A DNA stretch of 64,000 nt from a virus. Its lineage: Duplodnaviria; Caudoviricetes. Where the stretch lies: the IMG/VR virus record IMGVR_UViG_3300002220_000519, positions 21,407 through 85,406 of that record. The stretch is one strand, 5' to 3'. Of the stretch, positions 57,701-64,000 are shown one piece after another (the stretch's first letter is position 1; each line of letters opens with the position of its first letter). The notes under the pieces were generated by a model, which made no database searches, had not been told where the DNA came from, and worked only from the letters and a program-made list of their open reading frames with translations. Made by a program: the position numbers and the translations under genes.

Positions 57701-58184
57701 AGAACTTCCGATAGATGAAGGTATGACCATGCATAAAGTTCCTGGATGGGTCGGCCTACGGTTTGAGTTGTCCCCTGGACAGCTAGAAGCCCTAACTGCT
57801 GCACGGTATGTTACTGCTAGAGTAGACCAGCACACTGGTGGAATAGTAGTAACAGATGTACCAACCGCGGCTGCTGTAGGTGATGACTATGCCAGGTCAA
57901 CCACATCGAAGATTGTCCGCAGGGTTTGCGACGAAGTAAGACGCGTGGTTTCACCGTTCTTGGGTAAACTATCTGAGGACTCAGTTTACAACGCGGCTGC
58001 AACAGCAATTTCAAATGTAATCAGAACTCACATAAACATCGGAAGTCTACGGCCTGGCAGCACATTCTCAGTGTTTGCGTCACCAGCTGATAGAGTTCGT
58101 GGTGTGATGAATGTACGGTTACAGCTTGCAGTCAACTTCGAGATCAGAATTATCAACGTAGTGGTAAATCTAGTAGCTCGGTAA
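54717..58184 (+). CDS. Tail sheath protein, 1155 aa, with large insertions
   Basis: N-terminal YPGV..LIIGTAEDGP; C-terminal LEALTAARYVT..VVTD..TTSKIVRRVCDEVR..V.LQLAVNFEIRIINV. Confidence 0.88.
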   Translation: MPNYPGVNFSYPTGGLAVGPQEDLRNESILIIGTAEDGPTDTVVRMRSPAFARGAYGRPGAGDLLRKAEEAWYAQGGKQDIRLLRISNGRKAQLALAEASGQGVATEQPTGTSLSGQTILTSPALTAEMLYPGAKYNQATVSMGFGPSGSPSVIFYNPKTGNDSYYSYNNDPNAYADVHNVRELAAAMNADPNFSSIATAEAGALAAHTELVVDPQGTDALATNDDGILAYIDLGYAKSIWGAPEAEQTDPTVLATTAPAITGGAIPADSYWYTYSVVTAVGETNVEPTGIIAVVGGTVYGRVVVTIPDQTVVSGNYVLGFNLYRSIDDGGPGTYYKVAFVPSLGGDEVTYTDTSATTTTVIVPGRNTTEYAALPASSAGGNYAYTGTDVTTDGRLRLDLSARVDYLTNEAGAPVLIPTDSTCNGSYGGGFFKHYDNTASYISQTAGNRLSELSKVGELAATHTQILNCAGFSKLDLPYAPIVPPALRTVISDVEAVTTYTTKLRPLSLEREAADTYNWRYNKIMGRSGPSYFTVTSPGVGVETLEYSADDHADAIQIVTRGFVGILPLLPSTATEVELEFSASLPPDCGWDGAHTRDLIGERSDATTRYDYLYLDSITAYGADTLNRLAYHAGPDTITVYEVQSNGSYSDANDLGHLYEISWTDLGDGTEPKAKITFYGASRSALPADGTSIYITYKSLPGLLTQTNNLMGVMNKIGWDAWKTYFITGRRVYFAGPLPSPVQLSYNYEKTWSIGSDCIVLDYLSGTLEWSDRANQPGTAMNLVPPIVVRSATQGALPGPDWSTATTPVETPPQWSRLILYYEYDPEWVDLGATARAFQGGSDGITMDSAALYVQLNTVYSMLSNYKVDHVVLPDGAYLDAIKSEPNPITGLFESVNAGFQTQLGAFLDEVLENVHETMAYMSVTPPVDNKLATIQNWVQKLVTVDMSDPTRAANWYSILAHRLIHVFAMQPIVSNAAAARYLSDGIPSFVGTYAELPIDEGMTMHKVPGWVGLRFELSPGQLEALTAARYVTARVDQHTGGIVVTDVPTAAAVGDDYARSTTSKIVRRVCDEVRRVVSPFLGKLSEDSVYNAAATAISNVIRTHINIGSLRPGSTFSVFASPADRVRGVMNVRLQLAVNFEIRIINVVVNLVAR

Positions 58185-58191
58185 CAAAGAC

Positions 58192-58219
58192 GGCTAGGTA
58201 GCTGCAAAGCTACCTAGCC
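58192..58219 (+). terminator. Perfect 12-bp GCAA hairpin after the sheath, with no U-tract
   Basis: GGCTAGGTAGCT-GCAA-AGCTACCTAGCC. Confidence 0.6.
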
Positions 58220-58243
58220 ATAAACTGTGGAGGACATAAAACA

Positions 58244-58960
58244 ATGGCGGAACAGCTAAACCTTTTAACTAGTCAATTTACTCGTACTTATGATACATTC
58301 TCGGGTGCTGACATTATACTAGTCATTCATGACATGATAATTGGCAACGCGAACGGCATAAGCTTTTCAATTACGAGAGAAAAGGCTCCGTTATATGCCC
58401 TCGGTAGTGTAGATCCGATCGCAGTATCACGCGGAAAACGTGGAATTGCTGGGTCTCTGATCATGTACAATACCGATCGGGCTGCTTTATATGATTACAT
58501 GTCTAGAGCGGTATATGCCGCGCATAGGACTGACCTACCAGCCTCTGGTGGGCGCCTAAGAGGTTATAGACCAACACCTACAGGCGCAGACAACTATACG
58601 ACAGCAACAGACTTTGCGTCTGGTGTTGCCGATATGCAAACTCATATGACACTTGAGCCACCCAACTATTCTGACCAAATCCCACCTTTTGATATTACAC
58701 TTACAGCAATGAACGAGTATGGAAATGCTTCGTCAATGGCTATTTTTGGTGTAGAAATATTGAATGAGGGTGAGGGTCATTCTGTTGATGACATCACATC
58801 TGAGACCCAAATGACATGGATCTGTAGAGGCATAACTCTGTGGACCCCAGCTCTTCCTGGGCTTGAGGATGGACTACCTGACTCAACATTCCAACCAACA
58901 CCACTGGGCGGTGACGCACTTGCCCAAGTAAATTATTTTGATCAGCTGTCCTCAACCTAA
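58244..58960 (+). CDS. Tail tube protein
   Basis: Follows the sheath; FSGADI..GISFSITREKAPLYALGS..RGKRGIAGSLI..FDITL..NEYG. Confidence 0.8.
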   Translation: MAEQLNLLTSQFTRTYDTFSGADIILVIHDMIIGNANGISFSITREKAPLYALGSVDPIAVSRGKRGIAGSLIMYNTDRAALYDYMSRAVYAAHRTDLPASGGRLRGYRPTPTGADNYTTATDFASGVADMQTHMTLEPPNYSDQIPPFDITLTAMNEYGNASSMAIFGVEILNEGEGHSVDDITSETQMTWICRGITLWTPALPGLEDGLPDSTFQPTPLGGDALAQVNYFDQLSST

Positions 58961-59009
58961 TTACGTGTAAATAGTGGGCCGGCTAACTACCGGCCCAACT
59001 TTAAACATT

Positions 59010-60026
59010 ATGCCGTATCCTTTACCAGATAAAGTAGAGTGGGGCGATCTAGGGGTAGAGTTTAAAAAATACCCGAATATAGATGCCACTACGCCCAATA
59101 TGTGGGAACCGACACAGCGAAGCTTTGCCGGTTGCGATATATTGGCCACAGCGTATATAGAGGGTAGACTTGTTGTATGTGATAATATAACAACTCTATC
59201 CTATTCAACGCACCGTGAGAAAGTAAATGTGCCCACTCTAGGCCGCGCGTATGCTAGGAGACGTACTCGTGGTATGCGGACAATTGCCGGAACTCTTATC
59301 TGGATTGTAAAAGACCGTGCCCCCCTCTGGCGCTTCCTTGGTCACTATAAGTATGACCAACGCGCTTTTATGCACCTACCCCTGTCTGACGCTCTTCCAC
59401 CGTTTGATCTAACCCTAACCTATGCAAACGAATACGGACATGTTTCTGTTATGCGTATCTATGGTATTGATATAACAGACGAGGGGCAGACACACTCCAT
59501 ACAAGACATGATTACAGAAAACGTTATGCAATATCAAGCATTTGATATGGATGTTATGATGCCTATGAATGCTGAAGATGGCGAACTTCCCTGGATACAA
59601 AACAAGGACGGCGTTTTCTATAGAGCTATTGGTAACCTTTCTACACCAGTTGTACAGGCTGACGGCTATGCTGACTACGCAAAAAATCAGCGCCTAACGA
59701 CATGGTTATCCATATTTCTATCTGACTATGACCGAGCAGCATACACATTTTGGAGTACAGGTGGTGGCACAGAAGCTGAGATTGCTAGTGCTACACTAGT
59801 ACCACCAGAAGAGGTTGCAAGTGTATTTAAGTCAATAGGTTACGATATAACCGGAGCGAAGTATGACCATATAGCTAGTATTCTACGAAGTGTACAACAA
59901 GAGATGTCAACCCTAATGACGACATATGGTTCTTACTGGAACGTAGAGGCTAACAGAGCTGCGATTATGGACGGTACAATTCCCTCAGCTAATCCTTATG
60001 ACTATACTATATATGGAAACTGGTAA
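59010..60026 (+). CDS. Tube-like paralogue (tube initiator/baseplate)
   Basis: FAGCDI..REKV..RGMRTIAGTLI..PPFDLTLTYANEYG; probable start ATG 59010. Confidence 0.7.
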   Translation: MPYPLPDKVEWGDLGVEFKKYPNIDATTPNMWEPTQRSFAGCDILATAYIEGRLVVCDNITTLSYSTHREKVNVPTLGRAYARRRTRGMRTIAGTLIWIVKDRAPLWRFLGHYKYDQRAFMHLPLSDALPPFDLTLTYANEYGHVSVMRIYGIDITDEGQTHSIQDMITENVMQYQAFDMDVMMPMNAEDGELPWIQNKDGVFYRAIGNLSTPVVQADGYADYAKNQRLTTWLSIFLSDYDRAAYTFWSTGGGTEAEIASATLVPPEEVASVFKSIGYDITGAKYDHIASILRSVQQEMSTLMTTYGSYWNVEANRAAIMDGTIPSANPYDYTIYGNW

Positions 60027-60067
60027 CGCCTGAGTCTCCTCTCCCCCCCCTCCCAGACTTAAGGCCG

Positions 60068-60107
60068 AGAGCCCACGTACCGAAAGGCAACGGGGCTCTT
60101 TTGTTTT
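60068..60107 (+). terminator. Intrinsic terminator
   Basis: AGAGCCC..CC-GAAA-GG..GGGCTCT followed by TTTGTTTT. Confidence 0.75.
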
Positions 60108-60118
60108 ATGTGAGTATT

Positions 60119-60147
60119 TTGTTTTTATAGTCTTTTTGTGTTATAAT
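60119..60147 (+). promoter_or_regulatory. sigma70-type promoter with extended -10
   Basis: TTGTTT-17 bp-TATAAT with TGn, directly after a terminator. Confidence 0.6.
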
Positions 60148-60171
60148 TGTATAGACGGTAAGGAGTAATTA

Positions 60172-61875
60172 ATGAGTGACATACCAGATATAATGGGGCC
60201 ACAGACACTAGGCGTCAATGAACAATCTCTAACATCTTATAAGTATGACTGCTTTGCAGGCGCACAGGTTTCAGTATTTGTAGATAATATATGGGTAGAC
60301 GATGTCGTCTCTATCCAGTTTACAGTTACGGAACCAAAGTCTCCTATATATGGTTATGCTAGCAGGTTCTACGATCTTGCTGCAAGTGGTAACAGGATTA
60401 TACAGGGACAGCTAGCAATTGCATATACCGAAGAGGGCTATCTAACTACTATTCTTAACCAACGTAGAAAAAATCTATATGGTTCTGACTCGGTAATAGA
60501 TAGAACTACTACTTCAGGAAGCCCACTGGCAACAATGTCTGAGGTCGGCGGCCCAACTGATTTATGGAAGACAGCGGATGGTGGGCTTGATAATACTAAG
60601 TTACAACAGGTTGGCGCCGAACGTAAGCGACTTCTTGGTCTTGCTGAGGGTGCACGCCCCGCAGACTACACTACACAACTCAAGCGCATAGAAGAAGAGT
60701 ACGCGCGGCTTATACAAATAAGTCTTGGAAAGCAGCCGGCAACTCAATCATACACAAGAAGTACTATAAGAGATTTACTTGGTGACGAGCGAGGACTTTC
60801 TAACTATGAAGATCTTGCAGAATTAATGGAAGACGCGCAGTTAGATCCAACAAAGCTTAAGGCGCTAAAAGAGGGAGTTAAGTGGTCTGTTGTTCGTGGT
60901 TATAAGGGAGAGTATAGATTACGTAAAGCCCTTGAGTTTGATCTAGAAGAAGGCCGTACAAAAGAATCTGTACCGTTTAACTATATTGGTGACGGCTTTG
61001 ACATGATAATTATGTATGGTGATTTTAGTATTGGTAGTGCAGAGCATACATTAAAGGTATTAAGTGATGTTCATTTTACATCAGAAGGTCAGGTTGTAGA
61101 AGCCAATGGTAACCCCATTATTGAAGTATATACATTTTTCGCCAGGGACATAGGAGACACGTCACACTTATATAATCCAAAAACTGGACTAGCTAATAGT
61201 ACTAATGTGGGTGGGAACGCTTCTGGAAAACCCGCAGAGAGCAGTGAGCTTGTTACAATGGTTGTACTAGAAGCATATAATAAACTAGCATCTGGTGCGC
61301 CTGGCCAAAAAGTATTAGAGCTTGAGTACCCAGTAAGAATGGCTACACCATCAGTTAGCTTAAGCCCGGTTGTAAAGTTGGACTCTTCGCTACCACAGTT
61401 AGCTTATACAGCGGATAGCTATGAGTCTGATGTTGAGGACATAACTTTCGAAAAGATAAGCTTTTCTACAGCATACAGAGCTGCCAAGTCTACACACGAC
61501 TCTATAGTAATACCTACTGCTGGTTTAATGAGAATTATAAAAGCCACCAACGGTCGTACCGAAAAGATAATGCTAAGTGATAGAACCCTTGCTGCACGCA
61601 CCATTACAAAATTCAGGGTAGTTGTAAGCTATACTGGTGGTATTACTAATGAAGAGACACTAGAGAACGACACACAATCACGAGACAAACAAATAACTTT
61701 TAACAACTATTTGGATACCTATTTGTGGGGTGATGTAAAAGACTACATGAAAGGTATCCGTAATAGTCAACCACTTAAACCGTACACCATTACTGTGTAT
61801 GCTCTATGGAAAGATGGAGCTGATGCTTATGGGTCTGAGCAAGAAAAGCAGATATACAGTAAAACCTACACGTAA
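60172..61875 (+). CDS. Tube-like paralogue with insertion and C-terminal extension
   Basis: FAGAQVSVFVD..SIQF..PIYGYAS..GNRIIQGQL..FDMII..EVYTFFARDI. Confidence 0.65.
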   Translation: MSDIPDIMGPQTLGVNEQSLTSYKYDCFAGAQVSVFVDNIWVDDVVSIQFTVTEPKSPIYGYASRFYDLAASGNRIIQGQLAIAYTEEGYLTTILNQRRKNLYGSDSVIDRTTTSGSPLATMSEVGGPTDLWKTADGGLDNTKLQQVGAERKRLLGLAEGARPADYTTQLKRIEEEYARLIQISLGKQPATQSYTRSTIRDLLGDERGLSNYEDLAELMEDAQLDPTKLKALKEGVKWSVVRGYKGEYRLRKALEFDLEEGRTKESVPFNYIGDGFDMIIMYGDFSIGSAEHTLKVLSDVHFTSEGQVVEANGNPIIEVYTFFARDIGDTSHLYNPKTGLANSTNVGGNASGKPAESSELVTMVVLEAYNKLASGAPGQKVLELEYPVRMATPSVSLSPVVKLDSSLPQLAYTADSYESDVEDITFEKISFSTAYRAAKSTHDSIVIPTAGLMRIIKATNGRTEKIMLSDRTLAARTITKFRVVVSYTGGITNEETLENDTQSRDKQITFNNYLDTYLWGDVKDYMKGIRNSQPLKPYTITVYALWKDGADAYGSEQEKQIYSKTYT

Positions 61876-61887
61876 GGAGAGGAGACC

Positions 61888-62313
61888 ATGAACGAGACAG
61901 ACAACGAAGTAACTACTGCAGTTACCACTGAGGTTGATGACCTATTGTGGGCAGATGGACCAAGCAAGGCTGCTATGGACACCATCAAGGAAGAACTAAA
62001 GACCAAGGGCTTTCCAGCTGAACTATACGTGGTTCCTGCTGGCCAAATCTCGGTGGTATGTCGCATTATACCACGGATCGAATACAACGAGATTGGAAAA
62101 GCAAAGTACCAAGAGGCTGTTACTAAGAAATTAGCACCACAAGCCGCAGATGATCTTTTTAATTTAGCGCTAATCAATGCTTCTATTATATGGAAGCCAG
62201 AAGGTTTTAGCTTCGATGATGAAAAGCAAACTGCCTGTGGTGTAGTTCCAACACTAGTCGAAAAGATTATGGAGCTAAATGGTTTCGACGCTACTCCGCC
62301 AAGACGCATATAA
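61888..62313 (+). CDS. Tail assembly chaperone-like protein
   Basis: VVCRIIPRIEY..GVVPTLVEKIMELNGF; position before the probable tape measure. Confidence 0.65.
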   Translation: MNETDNEVTTAVTTEVDDLLWADGPSKAAMDTIKEELKTKGFPAELYVVPAGQISVVCRIIPRIEYNEIGKAKYQEAVTKKLAPQAADDLFNLALINASIIWKPEGFSFDDEKQTACGVVPTLVEKIMELNGFDATPPRRI

Positions 62314-63115
62314 TCTACCAGAGTACTTGGCGCGGAAACTGTTAGCATGGAAGATACAGTACGGGGGCCTATATTTGGCCCCCTTCCGTGCTAAAACGCT
62401 AAATAGTCTCAATCAGCTTGTTAATAATGATGAGGCCCCTTGGACTATTTGTGTTTTACGTGAATTAGTACTTAAAGAGTATATAGCATATGCTGAGCTT
62501 ACTGAGTTCTCTCCGTCTGCCGCGGCCTATAGTCTTGTTCGTACTTGTCTATTGGTAGCTTATGACTATAGTGTTGGGCGTGAGATAGATATTTCTGATT
62601 CAAAAATAACACTCGACTTCTTATTCGGGCAGCTTATGGAAATAAGTGGGTTCTTTAAAGGTAACTCAATGATTGCACAAAGAAGTAGACGGGATAAGTA
62701 TGGGGCTGGTTACCATATTGGAGCAATAGATCGGCTAGTCGTAAATGTTGGGTATAAACCTGATGAATTAATGAACTTGACAGACACCGATCTAGCTGAG
62801 CGTTGGCTTGTCTATAACAAACAGTCCCGACAGATGCAGCAAATAACACGAACCGGTAACGCTGCACAAGATAGGCAAAACGCTAAGGCAGCATTAGTCC
62901 AAGCATCAGAACATGCGTCTACCGAGGCGCTTGCAGACCGGATGGCAAGAACACGGGATGGGCGCTCTGAGCGAATTAACCCAGACAGAGAGAATGTGGA
63001 ACTGCTAAGGGACTTTGCTGGAGATATTAAGCAGCGGCCAATTCCAGATGTAACTAAGTTAAAGCGATGGGATCGCAAAAAGGATGTGCCAGACTTCTCT
63101 GGTAAGAAACGCTAA
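62279..63115 (+). CDS. Second chaperone paralogue with C-terminal extension
   Basis: LYLAP..VLREL..KEY..LFGQLMEISGF parallels 61888-62313. Confidence 0.6.
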   Translation: MVSTLLRQDAYNLPEYLARKLLAWKIQYGGLYLAPFRAKTLNSLNQLVNNDEAPWTICVLRELVLKEYIAYAELTEFSPSAAAYSLVRTCLLVAYDYSVGREIDISDSKITLDFLFGQLMEISGFFKGNSMIAQRSRRDKYGAGYHIGAIDRLVVNVGYKPDELMNLTDTDLAERWLVYNKQSRQMQQITRTGNAAQDRQNAKAALVQASEHASTEALADRMARTRDGRSERINPDRENVELLRDFAGDIKQRPIPDVTKLKRWDRKKDVPDFSGKKR

Positions 63116-63801
63116 TGGCTCAACAGACACAACAACAGTATGAGAATGATAAACAAACTGGCCACAACCAATTAAAGGCTGTGGCCAAACCTCATAATAG
63201 GAAGCTATCTGAAGAAACTAAAGCTAAAATTCGTAAGGCACTTGTTGGTAGAAAGCACTCGTTGTCTCGCAAGAACAAGATAAGAAAAGCCATGCAAGGA
63301 AATAAGAATCGGCTTGGTGCTATATTATCTCAGGAGACGAAAATAAAGATTAGGCGCTCACTTGAAGGAAAGACCTTTATCACTAAGGAAGGTCGAGAGA
63401 AAATACGTAAAGCGAATGGTAGCAGAGTCGTGAAGGAAAGTACGCGGGCAAAGTTGAGTGGCAACAATAACCCTGCTTGGAAAGATGGTTTATATGCAGA
63501 GCGCCATGGTTTACGCCTCGCCATATGCAGCTCGTCTACCTATACTCGATGGAGAACTACTGTATATAAGCGAGATGGCTTTGTTTGCCAAAGGTGTGGT
63601 TTTTGTAAAGGTCATAGTCTTAACGTACACCATATTAAGCCATTTCAGCAAATAATTAAGCAATATAATATAACTAGTCTAGCACAAGCCATTAAGTGCG
63701 AAGAATTGTGGGATCCAAACAATGGCGTAACCCTATGTACTAATTGTCATAAGAAGACTCATAATGGCAGTACTTACCCAACAGCAGCAAGAGCAATATA
63801 G
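63115..63801 (+). mobile_element. Free-standing HNH homing endonuclease with NUMOD3 repeats
   Basis: LSEETKAKIRKA repeats; WRTTVYKRDGFVCQRCG, LNVHHIKP, NGVTLCTNCHKKTH. Confidence 0.9.
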
Positions 63802-64000
63802 TAACGAGCGCCGGCCAGCAGTAAATCAGTTAAAAGCCGTTGCAGGTATCGGTTTATCCATTGCTGCTTATGCTATACTAGATAAGCCTCTACGTGGTAT
63901 TGGCCGAGCTCTATCGCAAAGGGGCGGTCTACTTCTAAAGGGGTTAGGGCCTAGTTGGAAGAGTGCATGGGCCGCCGCAGCTGCAGGGACTGAAAAAGTT
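63764..64000 (+). CDS. 5' part of a Gly/Ala-rich gene (probable tape measure or large internal virion protein)
   Basis: ATG 63764, open to the window end (MAVLTQQQQEQYSNERRPAVNQLKAVAGIGLS...); position after the chaperones. Confidence 0.6.
   Translation, partial: MAVLTQQQQEQYSNERRPAVNQLKAVAGIGLSIAAYAILDKPLRGIGRALSQRGGLLLKGLGPSWKSAWAAAAAGTEKV

Noticed and set aside
62270-62313. Programmed -1 frameshift between the tail chaperones
   Set aside because: No XXXYYYZ heptamer, and the second ORF has its own ATG with a GGAG upstream.

Overview
A 64-kb segment of a large contractile-tailed dsDNA phage (myovirus) in the standard genetic code, with no CRISPR array, rRNA or integrase. It has two divergent arms separated by about 800 bp with no ORF of 60 aa or more (12.6-13.4 kb). 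LEFT ARM (1-12.5 kb, minus strand, locally GC-rich): small accessory genes plus two full-length paralogous YonO/QDE-1-type single-subunit two-barrel RNA polymerases (813 aa with NGDFDGD; about 760 aa with NGDFDKD). Each polymerase is followed by a paralogous ~110-aa partner gene and by similar amphipathic small proteins, so this looks like a duplicated polymerase cassette. The arm also holds a SpoVG-like gene and two candidate structured ncRNAs. RIGHT ARM (13.4-64 kb, plus strand, several sigma70/sigmaA-type TGnTATAAT promoters): small genes including two displaced tail-tube-like paralogues and nrdG, six tRNAs, a fibre/decoration cluster, degenerate homing endonucleases, putative small terminase, three Gly/Ala-rich proteins, intein-containing large terminase, portal, lysis genes, prohead protease, major capsid protein, neck, a 1155-aa sheath, three tube-like proteins and two chaperone paralogues. 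Near the right edge an HNH endonuclease carries a recoded copy of the N-terminus of the next gene. The best candidate for an undescribed system is the twin single-subunit RNAP plus partner cassette. All assignments come from motif reading by eye; no database searches were run.
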